Shown here piece by piece: positions 29,652-39,098 of a stretch of 64,000 nt of DNA. The stretch covers positions 98,015-162,014 of the forward strand of contig JBEQBZ010000005.1 of NCBI GenBank assembly GCA_041639545.1, in the 5' to 3' direction. A program made the position numbers and the translations under genes. The notes under the pieces were generated by a model. The model ran no database searches. It was not told the origin of the DNA and worked only from the letters and a program-made list of their open reading frames with translations. The stretch's first letter is position 1. Each line of letters opens with the position of its first letter. This DNA comes from Methyloversatilis sp. (lineage in GTDB: Bacteria > Pseudomonadota > Gammaproteobacteria > Burkholderiales > Rhodocyclaceae).

Positions 29652-32548
29652 AGCGCCTCCCCGCAATGCCCGACGAGTGGCTGGATCGCAGCCGCACCGT
29701 CCGCTTCCGTTTTGAAGGCCGCTCGTTCGAAGGCCTGGCTGGTGACAGCATCGCCAGTGCGCTGTGGGCCGCCGGCCAGCGCAGCCAGGGCCGCAGCTTC
29801 AAGTACCACCGCGTACGCGGCATTCTGTCGGCCGCCAACCATGACGTGAACGTCATGCTGCAGGACGGCCCCAAGCTGAACACCCGCGGTGACGTGGTGG
29901 CGGTGCGTGAAGGCATGGACCTGACCGCGGTGAACACCTTCGGTGGCCTGGCCAACGACAAGGCGCGTCACCTGAACCTGCTGTCGCGCTTCCTGCCGGT
30001 CGGCTTCTACTACAAGGCCTTTCACAACAAGCGTCTGTTCCCGCTGTGGGAAAAGATGTTCCGCCGCATCACCGGTCTGGGCGTGGTCGATTTCTCGACG
30101 CCGCACATCCGCACCCAGAAGCGCTACGACTTCTGTGATGTGCTGGTGATCGGTGCCGGTCCGTCCGGTCTGGCCGCCGCGCTGTCGGCCGCCGAAGCCG
30201 GCGCCTCGGTGGTGGTCTGTGACGAGAACGCCCGCGCCGGTGGCAGCGGTCTGTTCCAGCTGGGCGCCGACGCGGCACGTCGTCAGCACACCGCCTCGCT
30301 GCTGCAGCAGGTGAAGGCCAACCCGCGCATCCGTCTGCTGGAAGGCACCTACGCCGGCGCCTACTACGCCGACCGCTGGGTGCCGCTGATCGACGAGAAC
30401 CGCATGACGAAGATGCGCGCCAAGTCGGTCATCCTGGCCAGTGGCGCCTACGAGCAGCCGGCGGTGTTCCGCAACAACGACCTGCCGGGCATCATGAACG
30501 GCTCGGCCATGCAGCGCCTGATCTACCGCTACGCGGTCAAGCCCTGCACCACCGCGGTCGTGCTGGCCGCCAACGCAGACGGCTACCGTGTCGCGCTCGA
30601 TCTGCTGGCCGCCGGCGCTGCCGTGGCTGCGGTGCTGGACATGCGCGCCAGCGTCCCGGCTTCGCCGCTGGCTGACGCGCTGCGTGCCAAGGGCGTGGAA
30701 ATCCTCGCCGGTCACGCGGTGTATGAAGCGCACGCCGATGGCAAGGGCGAGCTGGCAGGTGTCACCGCCTGTCGCATCGACGGCGCCGGCCGCGTGGTGT
30801 CGGGTTCGCAGCGCCGCATCAGCTGCGATGGCGTCGCGATGAGCACCGGCTGGTCGCCGGCCGCCAACCTGCTGTATCAGGCAGGCACCCGCATGCGCTT
30901 CGACGATCTGCTGCAGCAGTTCGTGCCGGAACAGCTGCCGGAAGGCGTGTTCGCCTGCGGCAAGGTGAATGGCGTGTTCCGCCTCGAATCGCGCATCACC
31001 GACGGTCAGCGCGCCGGCCTCGCGGCCGCCGCGAATGCCGGTTTCGAAGTCAGCGGCAACATTACCGTGCCGGCCGAAACCGAGTCGCCGTCGCATGCCT
31101 GGCCGGTGGTTGCTCATCCGGATGGCAAGAACTTCGTCGATTTCGACGAGGATCTGCAGGTGAAGGATTTCGAGAACGCGGTGCAGGAAGGCTACGACAA
31201 CATCGAGCTGCTGAAGCGCTTCTCGACCGTCGGCATGGGCCCCAGCCAGGGCAAGCACTCGAACATGACCGCGCTGCGCATCCTGGCGCGCCTGACCGGC
31301 AAGTCGCCGCAGCAGGTGGGCACCACGACCGCGCGTCCGTTCTTCCACCCGGTGCCGCTGTCGCACCTGGCTGGCCGCGGTTTCAGCCCGCAGCGCCACT
31401 CGCCGCTGCACGGCCGCCACGCCGCTGCCGGTGCGGTGTTCATGCAGGCCGGTGCGTGGGAACGTCCGGAGTACTACGCGGTGACGGGCAAGTCGCGCAT
31501 CGACTGCATCCGTGAAGAGGCGCGCCGTGTGCGCACCGCGGTTGCGCTGATCGACGTCGGCACGCTGGGCAAGCTGGAAATCCGTGGCCCGCAGGCCGCC
31601 GAGTTCCTGAACCGGGTCTATACCGGCCGCTACGACAACATGAAGGTGGGTGCCACGCGCTACGCCGTCATGTGTGACGAATCCGGCGTGCTGAGCGACG
31701 AAGGCGTGGTGGCGCGCATCGCTGACGACGTCTTCTACTTCACCACGACCAGTTCGGGTGCGGCCACCGTGTATCGCGAGCTGTCCCGCCTGAACATCGA
31801 GTGGAAGCTGGACTGCGGCCTGATCAACCTGACCGGTTCGTACTCGGCGATGAATCTGGCCGGTCCGGCGTCGCGCAAGGTGCTGGCCCAGCTGACCGAC
31901 ATGGATCTGTCGTCTGCCGCCTTCCCCTACCTCGCGGTGCGTACCGGTACGGTGGCGGGCATCCCGGCTCGCATGATGCGGGTGGGCTTCGTCGGCGAAT
32001 GGGGCTACGAAATCCACATCCCGGCCGAGTACGGCGCCACGCTGTGGGACGCGCTGATGAAGGCCGGTGAATCGTCGGGCATCGGCCCGTTCGGCGTCGA
32101 GGCCCAGCGTCTGCTGCGCCTGGAAAAGGGCCACCTGATCGTGAGCCAGGACACCGACGGCCTGACCAATCCGTTCGAAGTCGGCATGGACTGGGCGGTC
32201 AAGCTGGACAAGCCCTTCTTCACCGGCAAGCGCTCGCTGCAGATCGTTCGCAAGATGCCGCTCAAGCGCAAGCTGGTCGGCTTCCGTCTGGGCGAGAACC
32301 ACAGCGGCGAAGTGCCGAAGGAATGTCACCTGATCATCCAGGACGGCGACATCGCCGGCCGTGTGACCAGCATTTCCTGGAGCCCGCATGTCGGTCGCTT
32401 CATCGGTCTGGCCTTCGTGCTGCCGTCGATGTCCGAATCCGGCACGCCTTTCCAGATCCGTCTGACCGACGGAAGCATGGTGAACGCCGAGGTCTGCGAC
32501 ACGCCCTTCTTCGACCCGAAAGACGAACGCCAGAAGGAAATCGAATGA
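29648..32548 (+). CDS. mgdC: N-methylglutamate dehydrogenase subunit C (sarcosine oxidase alpha-like, GcvT folate domain)
   Basis: GRSFKYHR, IGAGPSGL, GMGPSQGK, DVGTLGK, LRLEKG. Confidence 0.92.
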   Translation: MKRLPAMPDEWLDRSRTVRFRFEGRSFEGLAGDSIASALWAAGQRSQGRSFKYHRVRGILSAANHDVNVMLQDGPKLNTRGDVVAVREGMDLTAVNTFGGLANDKARHLNLLSRFLPVGFYYKAFHNKRLFPLWEKMFRRITGLGVVDFSTPHIRTQKRYDFCDVLVIGAGPSGLAAALSAAEAGASVVVCDENARAGGSGLFQLGADAARRQHTASLLQQVKANPRIRLLEGTYAGAYYADRWVPLIDENRMTKMRAKSVILASGAYEQPAVFRNNDLPGIMNGSAMQRLIYRYAVKPCTTAVVLAANADGYRVALDLLAAGAAVAAVLDMRASVPASPLADALRAKGVEILAGHAVYEAHADGKGELAGVTACRIDGAGRVVSGSQRRISCDGVAMSTGWSPAANLLYQAGTRMRFDDLLQQFVPEQLPEGVFACGKVNGVFRLESRITDGQRAGLAAAANAGFEVSGNITVPAETESPSHAWPVVAHPDGKNFVDFDEDLQVKDFENAVQEGYDNIELLKRFSTVGMGPSQGKHSNMTALRILARLTGKSPQQVGTTTARPFFHPVPLSHLAGRGFSPQRHSPLHGRHAAAGAVFMQAGAWERPEYYAVTGKSRIDCIREEARRVRTAVALIDVGTLGKLEIRGPQAAEFLNRVYTGRYDNMKVGATRYAVMCDESGVLSDEGVVARIADDVFYFTTTSSGAATVYRELSRLNIEWKLDCGLINLTGSYSAMNLAGPASRKVLAQLTDMDLSSAAFPYLAVRTGTVAGIPARMMRVGFVGEWGYEIHIPAEYGATLWDALMKAGESSGIGPFGVEAQRLLRLEKGHLIVSQDTDGLTNPFEVGMDWAVKLDKPFFTGKRSLQIVRKMPLKRKLVGFRLGENHSGEVPKECHLIIQDGDIAGRVTSISWSPHVGRFIGLAFVLPSMSESGTPFQIRLTDGSMVNAEVCDTPFFDPKDERQKEIE

Positions 32549-33219
32549 ACGCCCCCTTCGCCCCCAATCGCATCAGCCCTCTGTTCGACGAACAGGCGCC
32601 GCACGCGGCGAAGTGGACCCAGGTCGAGACCATGCAGACCGTGGCCTCCTTCGGTTCGGCCGACGCAGCCCGCCTGCCGCTGGCCGGCATCGGCGACCTC
32701 AGCTTCCGCCGCCGTGCCGGCGTCAAGGGTCCGGGCGCTGCGGCCTGGCTCAACGCCCTGGGCATCGTGACGCCGGAGCGCATGAACAGCTGGCTGCGCA
32801 TGGACGACGGCACCCTGGTGCTGCGTCTGGGCAATACCGAGTACCTGGTCGAGGACGCACCGGGTGGCAGCCATGCCGCGCAGATGAACGCGACCGCGCC
32901 GGCACAGGGCGTGTATCCGGTGCCGCGCTATGACGCCGCGCTGGTTGTCGCCGGCCGCAACGCGCTCGAACTGACCCGCCAGACCTGTGCTTTCGATTTC
33001 ACCACCCTGTCGCCTGCGGCGCAGGGTGTGGCGATGACCTCGATGGTCGGCGTCGGCATCACCGCGGTCGCGATGGAAAGCGGCGGCGAAACGTATTACC
33101 GGCTGTGGTGCGACGGCACCTATGGCGGTTATCTGTGGGCCACGCTGGTCGAGGTGGCTGCGGATCTCGGAGGAGGTGCGGTCGGCCTGGAATCGCTTGG
33201 CCGGCTCGCACAGCAATAA
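32545..33219 (+). CDS. mgdD: N-methylglutamate dehydrogenase subunit D (sarcosine oxidase gamma-like)
   Basis: ATGA overlap with the mgdC stop; GVKGPGAAAWL, LWCDGTYGGYLWATL. Confidence 0.85.
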   Translation: MNAPFAPNRISPLFDEQAPHAAKWTQVETMQTVASFGSADAARLPLAGIGDLSFRRRAGVKGPGAAAWLNALGIVTPERMNSWLRMDDGTLVLRLGNTEYLVEDAPGGSHAAQMNATAPAQGVYPVPRYDAALVVAGRNALELTRQTCAFDFTTLSPAAQGVAMTSMVGVGITAVAMESGGETYYRLWCDGTYGGYLWATLVEVAADLGGGAVGLESLGRLAQQ

Positions 33220-33286
33220 CAAACAGCGCGCCGTCTGACGACGGCGCAATTCAGTCAGATACGAGCCGTTTGGACAGGGAGGGAAT

Positions 33287-34618
33287 GTGATGTCACCCAG
33301 CGAAGCACAGCAGTTCCTGAAGGAAAACCAGGTCAAGTACATCCTGGCGCAGTTCGTCGATATCCACGGTTCAGCCAAGACCAAGTCGGTCCCGGCCGAG
33401 CATTACAAGACCGTGGTGACCGCTGGCGCCGGCTTTGCCGGTTTCGCGATCTGGGGCATGGGCATGACCCCCAACGTCGACGCCGACTACATGGCCGTGG
33501 GCGACGCTTCGACGCTGTCGCTGGTGCCCTGGCAGCCGGGCTACGCCCGCATCGCCTGTGACGGTCACACGCACGGCAAGCCGCACGAGTACGACACCCG
33601 CGTCGTGCTGAAGAAGCAGCTGGAGCAGATCACCGCCCGCGGCTGGACTTTCTTCACCGGCATGGAGCCCGAGTTCTCGCTGCTGCGCAAGGTCGAAGGC
33701 AAGCTGCTGCCGGCCGATCCGGGCGACACGCTGTCCAAGCCCTGCTACGACTACAAGGGTCTGTCGCGCGCCCGCGTCTTCCTGGAGCGTCTGTCCGAGT
33801 CGCTGCGCTCGGTCGGCATCGACGTCTATCAGATCGACCACGAAGACGCGAATGGCCAGTTCGAGATCAACTATACCTTCACCGACGCGCTGACCTCCTG
33901 CGACCACTACACCTTCTTCAAGATGGGTGCCGCCGAGATCGCCGCCGAACTGGGTCTGATCTGTTCGTTCATGCCCAAGCCCTTCTCGAACCGCCCGGGC
34001 AACGGCCTGCACATGCACATGAGCATCGGCGACGGCAAGCGCAACCTGTTCGAGGACAAGTCGGACAAGCACGGCCTTGACCTGTCGAAGCTGGCCTACC
34101 ACTGGGCGGCCGGTCTGCTCAAGCACGCACCGGCCCTGGCCGCGCTGTGCTGCCCGACCGTGAATTCCTACAAGCGTCTGGTGGTTGGCCGTTCGCTGAC
34201 CGGCGCCACCTGGGCACCGGCCTACATCTGCTACGGCGGCAACAACCGCAGCGGCATGATCCGCAGCCCGGGCGGCCGTCTGGAACTGCGCCTGCCGGAC
34301 GCTTCCTGCAATGCTTACCTCGCAACCGCCGCGGTCATCGCCGCCGGCATGGACGGGGTGATCAACGAGCTCGATCCGGGCACGCCGCAAAACGACAACC
34401 TGTACGAGTACAGCCAATCGCAGCTTGATGCCGCCGGTATCAAGGTGCTGCCGCAGAACCTGCATGAGGCGCTGCTGGCGCTCGAAAAGGACGAAGTGAT
34501 CCGCGCTGCACTGGGTCCCGTCGTCGACGAGTTCCTGCGTCTCAAGCACATGGAGTGGGTCGAGTACATGCGTCACGTCTCGGACTGGGAAGTGAACAGC
34601 TACCTCGAATTCTTCTGA
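33287..34618 (+). CDS. gmaS: Gamma-glutamylmethylamide synthetase (glutamine synthetase family)
   Basis: [47 protein letters not shown]; lies between mgd and mgs. Confidence 0.93.
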   Translation: MMSPSEAQQFLKENQVKYILAQFVDIHGSAKTKSVPAEHYKTVVTAGAGFAGFAIWGMGMTPNVDADYMAVGDASTLSLVPWQPGYARIACDGHTHGKPHEYDTRVVLKKQLEQITARGWTFFTGMEPEFSLLRKVEGKLLPADPGDTLSKPCYDYKGLSRARVFLERLSESLRSVGIDVYQIDHEDANGQFEINYTFTDALTSCDHYTFFKMGAAEIAAELGLICSFMPKPFSNRPGNGLHMHMSIGDGKRNLFEDKSDKHGLDLSKLAYHWAAGLLKHAPALAALCCPTVNSYKRLVVGRSLTGATWAPAYICYGGNNRSGMIRSPGGRLELRLPDASCNAYLATAAVIAAGMDGVINELDPGTPQNDNLYEYSQSQLDAAGIKVLPQNLHEALLALEKDEVIRAALGPVVDEFLRLKHMEWVEYMRHVSDWEVNSYLEFF

Positions 34619-34638
34619 TCAATCGCCGGAGAACGGAT

Positions 34639-35547
34639 ATGTGTGGAATCGTTGGACTGCTGGTCAAGACACCGGCATTGAAGGAGCGCCTGGGCGAACT
34701 GATGGTGCCCATGCTGATCGGCATGACCGAGCGCGGTCCGGACTCGGCGGGTCTCGCCGTGTTCGGCGACTCGCTGGCCGAGAACTCGCGCAAGCTGAGC
34801 CTGTACTCGGGTCTCACCGATGACGGTGCGGATTTCAACTGGCATGGCCTGACGCACGCGCTGAAGGAACACCTCGATGTCGACGCGCACATCGACGTGA
34901 AGCACAACCACGCCGTGCTGTCGTTCGCCGTGTCGCCGGAGCTGGTCAAGCGCTGGCTGCGCGAGAACCACCCGAAGCTGCACATCCTGAGCACCGGCCG
35001 CACGATCGACCTGTACAAGGACATCGGCACCCCGGCCCAGGTGGCCGACCGCTACGACTTCAAGTCGATGAAGGGTTCGCATCTGGTGGGTCACACCCGC
35101 ATGGCGACCGAATCGGCGGTGACGCCGGATCGCGCCCACCCCTTCACCGCCGGTGAAGATTTCTGCCTGGTGCACAACGGCTCGCTGTCGAACCCGAACT
35201 CGATCCGCCGCAAGCTGACGCCGGCCGGCATCCACTTCGAAACCGACAACGACACCGAAGCCGCCTGCCGCTTCCTCGAATGGCGCCTGCGTGAAGGCGA
35301 CGACCTGGAAGTCGCGCTGCAGAAGGGCTTCGACGAACTGGACGGTTTCTTCACCTTCCTGATGGGTACGCCGGACAAGCTCGCGCTGATCCGCGATCCC
35401 TTCGCCTGCAAGCCCGCAGTCGTGGCCGAAACCGACGACTACGTCGCTATCGCGTCGGAATTCCGTTCGCTGGCCCACCTGCCTGGCGTCAAGCACGCCA
35501 ACGTGTTCGAACCCGCGCCCGAGGAGATGTACGTATGGAACGCATGA
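34639..35547 (+). CDS. mgsA: N-methylglutamate synthase subunit A (class II glutamine amidotransferase)
   Basis: MCGIVG N-terminal nucleophile; RGPDSAG, GHTRMATES, VHNGSLSN. Confidence 0.93.
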   Translation: MCGIVGLLVKTPALKERLGELMVPMLIGMTERGPDSAGLAVFGDSLAENSRKLSLYSGLTDDGADFNWHGLTHALKEHLDVDAHIDVKHNHAVLSFAVSPELVKRWLRENHPKLHILSTGRTIDLYKDIGTPAQVADRYDFKSMKGSHLVGHTRMATESAVTPDRAHPFTAGEDFCLVHNGSLSNPNSIRRKLTPAGIHFETDNDTEAACRFLEWRLREGDDLEVALQKGFDELDGFFTFLMGTPDKLALIRDPFACKPAVVAETDDYVAIASEFRSLAHLPGVKHANVFEPAPEEMYVWNA

Positions 35548-36224
35548 CCTTCGATCTCGCCAGCTCGTCGCTGACCGAGATGAACACCTTCCTGCACAAG
35601 GGTCTTGAGGAAGGCGACAAGCGCCACATTTCGGTGCTGAACCCGGACGGCGCGCACAACATCGCCGTCGGCCTGAACCACCCGGTCACCGTGGAAATCC
35701 ATGGTCACGCCGGCTACTACGCAGGCGGCATGAACAAGCACGCCCGCGTCGTGATCCACGGCAGCGCCGGTACCGGTGTCGCCGAGAACATGATGAGCGG
35801 TTCGGTGCACGTGAAGGGCTTCGCCTCCAACGGTGCCGGCGCGACCGCCCACGGCGGCCTGCTGGTGATCGACGGTGACGCCGGCCTGCGCTGCGGCATC
35901 TCGCTCAAGGGCGGCGACATCGTCGTCGGCGGCAGCGTCGGCAGCTTCTCCGGCTTCATGGCCCAGGCCGGCCACATGGTCATCTGTGGCGATGCCGGCG
36001 ATGCGCTCGGCGATTCGCTGTACGAAGCGGTCATCTACCTGCGCGGCAACGTGAAGTCGCTCGGTGCCGATGCCCAGTTCGAGGACATGACCGACGCCGA
36101 CTACGCGACGCTGGCCGAACTGCTGTCCAAGGCCGGCATGGACCACGATCCGAAGTCGTTCAAGCGCATTGCCTCGGCTCGTACGCTCTATCACTGGAAC
36201 GCGGACGCGAACCAGGAGTACTGA
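35535..36224 (+). CDS. mgsB: N-methylglutamate synthase subunit B (GXGXG domain)
   Basis: Repeated G-x-G-x-x-G beta-helix, e.g. GHAGYYAGGMN, GVAENMMSG. Confidence 0.92.
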   Translation: MERMTFDLASSSLTEMNTFLHKGLEEGDKRHISVLNPDGAHNIAVGLNHPVTVEIHGHAGYYAGGMNKHARVVIHGSAGTGVAENMMSGSVHVKGFASNGAGATAHGGLLVIDGDAGLRCGISLKGGDIVVGGSVGSFSGFMAQAGHMVICGDAGDALGDSLYEAVIYLRGNVKSLGADAQFEDMTDADYATLAELLSKAGMDHDPKSFKRIASARTLYHWNADANQEY

Positions 36225-36303
36225 CATCTCCTGTGGGCAAGCGGGACGGTGCGGAACGATCCGCCCTCCCGCGTAGCAGACACCGAATACAAAGGACTCA
36301 CAA

Positions 36304-37668
36304 ATGGACATCAAACCCGTTTCGTTCAAGCGCGTCTCCCGGGAGGAGTCCGCGAGCTTCGACCGCTCGACCATCGACTACATCCAGAACGCCGCTGCGC
36401 ATGGCCTGTACGAAATCCGCGGCATGGGCGCCAAGCGCAAGCTGCCGCACTTCGACGACCTGCTGTTCCTGGCCGGCTCGCTGTCGCGTTACCCGCTGGA
36501 AGGCTATCGCGAAAAGTGCGTGACCAAGACCATCCTGGGTACCCGCTTCGCCAAGAAGCCGATCGAGCTGGACATCCCGATCACCATCGCCGGCATGAGC
36601 TTCGGCGCGCTGTCGGCCAACGTGAAGGAATCGCTGGGCCGCGCCGCCACCGCGATGGGCACCACGACGACGACCGGTGACGGCGGCATGACGCCGGAAG
36701 AGCGCAACTCGTCGAAGACGCTGGTGTACCAGTGCCTGCCGTCGCGTTACGGCTTCAACCCGGACGACGTGCGTCGCGCTGATGCGATCGAAGTCGTGAT
36801 CGGTCAGGGCGCCAAGCCGGGCGGCGGCGGCATGCTGCTGGGCCAGAAGGTGAACCCGCGCGTGGCCAAGATGCGCACCCTGCCGCAAGGCGTGGATCAG
36901 CGCTCGGCCTGCCGTCACCCCGACTGGACCGGTCCGGACGATCTGGCGATCAAGATCCAGGAACTGCGCGAGCTGACCGACTGGGAAAAGCCGATCTACG
37001 TGAAGGTGGGTGCAACCCGTACCTTCAACGACGTCAAGCTGGCCGTTCATGCCGGTGCTGACGTGGTGGTGGTCGATGGCATGCAGGGCGGCACCGCAGC
37101 CACCCAGACCTGCTACATCGAACACATCGGCATCCCGACGCTGGCTGCAGTCCGCCAGGCGGTCGATGCGCTGGAAGACCTGAACATGAAGGGCCAGGTC
37201 CAGCTGATCGTGTCCGGCGGCATCCGCAGCGGCGCCGACGTCGCCAAGGCGCTGGCGATGGGTGCTGATGCAGTCGCGATCGGTCAGGGCATCCTGTTTG
37301 CGCTCGGCTGTAACTCGGAAACCTACATCCAGGACGGCAAGCACATTTCGGCCCTCGAAGGTTACGACGCCCTCGGTACCCAGCCCGGCTTCTGCCACCA
37401 CTGCCACACCGGCAAGTGCCCGGTCGGCGTGACCACGCAGGATTCGGTGCTCGAACAGCGTCTGCAGCCGGACGTCGGTGCCCGTCGCGTCAAGAACTAC
37501 CTGAAGACGCTGAACATGGAACTCACCACGATCGCCCGTGCCTGCGGCAAGCAGAACGTGCATCACCTGGAGCGCGAAGACCTGGTCGCCCTGACGCTGG
37601 AAGCCGCCGCCATGGCGCGCATCCCGCTGGCGGGCACCAGCTGGATCCCGGGCCACAACGGCTACTGA
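36304..37668 (+). CDS. mgsC: N-methylglutamate synthase subunit C (FMN-binding glutamate synthase domain)
   Basis: GMSFGALS, GQGAKPGGGG, DGMQGGT, SGGIRSG, CHHCHTGKCPVGVTTQD Fe-S motif. Confidence 0.93.
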   Translation: MDIKPVSFKRVSREESASFDRSTIDYIQNAAAHGLYEIRGMGAKRKLPHFDDLLFLAGSLSRYPLEGYREKCVTKTILGTRFAKKPIELDIPITIAGMSFGALSANVKESLGRAATAMGTTTTTGDGGMTPEERNSSKTLVYQCLPSRYGFNPDDVRRADAIEVVIGQGAKPGGGGMLLGQKVNPRVAKMRTLPQGVDQRSACRHPDWTGPDDLAIKIQELRELTDWEKPIYVKVGATRTFNDVKLAVHAGADVVVVDGMQGGTAATQTCYIEHIGIPTLAAVRQAVDALEDLNMKGQVQLIVSGGIRSGADVAKALAMGADAVAIGQGILFALGCNSETYIQDGKHISALEGYDALGTQPGFCHHCHTGKCPVGVTTQDSVLEQRLQPDVGARRVKNYLKTLNMELTTIARACGKQNVHHLEREDLVALTLEAAAMARIPLAGTSWIPGHNGY

Positions 37669-37696
37669 TCCACAGCGTGATGCCAGGGCAGCGGAC

Positions 37697-38026
37697 ATGA
37701 GTGGCTGGCTGCTCCTGCTGGGCGCCATCGTCGCGGAAGTGATCGCGACGAGTGCGCTCAAGCAGGTGGAGGGCTTCTCGCGTCCGCTGCCTCTGGCATT
37801 CACCGTCGTCGGTTATGTCGTGGCGTTCTGGCTCATGTCGCTTTCGCTCCGTTCCATTCCCCTCGGCATCGCCTACGCGGTGTGGTCGGGTGTGGGCATT
37901 GTCGCGATATCAACAATCGGCCTGATCGCCTTCGGTCAGAAGCTTGATGCCGCCGCACTTGCAGGCATCGCACTTATCGTGAGCGGGGTCGCCGTGATCC
38001 AGCTCTTCTCGCGTTCCACCGTCTGA
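37697..38026 (+). CDS. SMR-family small multidrug/cation transporter (EmrE/QacE-like)
   Basis: 109 aa, 4 TM; conserved Glu in AIVAEVIAT; GIAYAVWSGVG. Confidence 0.9.
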   Translation: MSGWLLLLGAIVAEVIATSALKQVEGFSRPLPLAFTVVGYVVAFWLMSLSLRSIPLGIAYAVWSGVGIVAISTIGLIAFGQKLDAAALAGIALIVSGVAVIQLFSRSTV

Positions 38027-38146
38027 TCAGACGTCGCCCTCAGTCGAAAGGAGTTCTCCGCCGCCCATCCCCGCCCCGCATCACTACCCCCTGCTGCTGA
38101 CGATTTCATCCCATCAAAAAATGCACCCATAAAGGAGGAGAGCAAG

Positions 38147-38497
38147 ATGGATCAAAGCAAAAGCAAGAAGCCGCTCGACCCATTGCTCGAAAAGCGCATT
38201 GCGCGCATGTTCGGCCGCGATCGTGCCATGTCGCTCGGCATGCTGATCGGTTTGTGGCTCGCCCTGGGCTATGTGTACTTCGCCGTTCCCCACGGCTTTC
38301 TCGGTTCGCCTGTCGGCCTCGTGCTGACCGTCGCCGGTGCACTTGTCCTGGTCTTCAACTCGGCGTCGGTGATCGCCATGCTTCGTCATTACGACGAAGA
38401 CCGTGACCACATCTATGGCATCGACATCTACCACCTCGACCAGCATCGCGCACGCGCCCGCAAGGCCGCACTGCGCCCGGCTCACGTCGACGTCTGA
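38147..38497 (+). CDS. Hypothetical 2-TM membrane protein
   Basis: Strong AAGGAGGAG RBS; two hydrophobic helices; C-terminal HYDEDRDHIYGIDI. Confidence 0.85.
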   Translation: MDQSKSKKPLDPLLEKRIARMFGRDRAMSLGMLIGLWLALGYVYFAVPHGFLGSPVGLVLTVAGALVLVFNSASVIAMLRHYDEDRDHIYGIDIYHLDQHRARARKAALRPAHVDV

Positions 38498-38508
38498 GGA
38501 GTACGCAC

Positions 38509-38910
38509 ATGTCCCGCAACGTCTACAAACCGCCGGTACAGAAGGGCTTCGGCCAGTTCATCGATGCCATGGTGGTGCTTGCGCTCGTGTATCTGAGTCT
38601 GCTCGCACCGCTGCTTCTGGGGGGCACCGCCGCTGAATCCGCGGCGACCGAGCACAAGCCCAAGCCGACCTGGGAAGAGCTCAAGCAGAACGACGTGATG
38701 CAGGCCCAGTGGGAAAAGCTGGGTCACACGCCGGAAACTGCCGAGCCCATCGTGACCAAGAAGTTCAGCTACGAGGTGGAACCGCTGTCGCTGGGCATCA
38801 CCATCGCGGTGATCGCCGGCTACTTCTTCTTCATGCTGAAGATGTCGGACCGCGAGTACCGCGAAGTGATCAACGAACGCTTCGGCCCGAAGGCCGGCAA
38901 GGGGGATTGA
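38509..38910 (+). CDS. Hypothetical 2-TM membrane protein with periplasmic loop
   Basis: GAGGAG RBS; two TM helices; host-like codon bias. Confidence 0.85.
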   Translation: MSRNVYKPPVQKGFGQFIDAMVVLALVYLSLLAPLLLGGTAAESAATEHKPKPTWEELKQNDVMQAQWEKLGHTPETAEPIVTKKFSYEVEPLSLGITIAVIAGYFFFMLKMSDREYREVINERFGPKAGKGD

Positions 38911-38913
38911 GTC

Positions 38914-39054
38914 ATGGATATGTGGTCCGCACTGGAATACGGCGCCTGGGGTCTTTCGATCGTGCTGATCGGCTGGATGCTGGTCGATGCACGCTTCGTC
39001 AGCACCACCTACGGCGAGGATTTCCTGCTCAGTTCGCGCGAAGGCGACGAGTGA
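38914..39054 (+). CDS. Small single-TM protein (46 aa), not in the ORF track
   Basis: MDMWSALEYGAWGLSIVLIGWMLVDARFVSTTYGEDFLLSSREGDE*; starts 3 nt after the previous stop with GGGGGA upstream. Confidence 0.75.
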   Translation: MDMWSALEYGAWGLSIVLIGWMLVDARFVSTTYGEDFLLSSREGDE

Positions 39055-39098
39055 CCGCTTGATCTGGGCGTGCCGGCAGGCACGCGACAGGGGAGAGA

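Noticed and set aside
29627-32389. 920-aa antisense ORF opposite mgdC, and similar ones opposite mgdA, gmaS and mgsC
   Set aside because: Expected from strong codon bias on the sense strand; no motifs or RBS.
28124-37668. Calling these genes sarcosine oxidase soxBDAG, glnA and gltB
   Set aside because: The combined order with split glutamate-synthase domains and a GmaS-type ligase is diagnostic of the N-methylglutamate pathway.
37669-37696. Guanidine riboswitch ahead of the SMR gene
   Set aside because: Only 28 bp are available, no riboswitch motif is visible, and the protein looks EmrE/Qac-like rather than Gdx-like.
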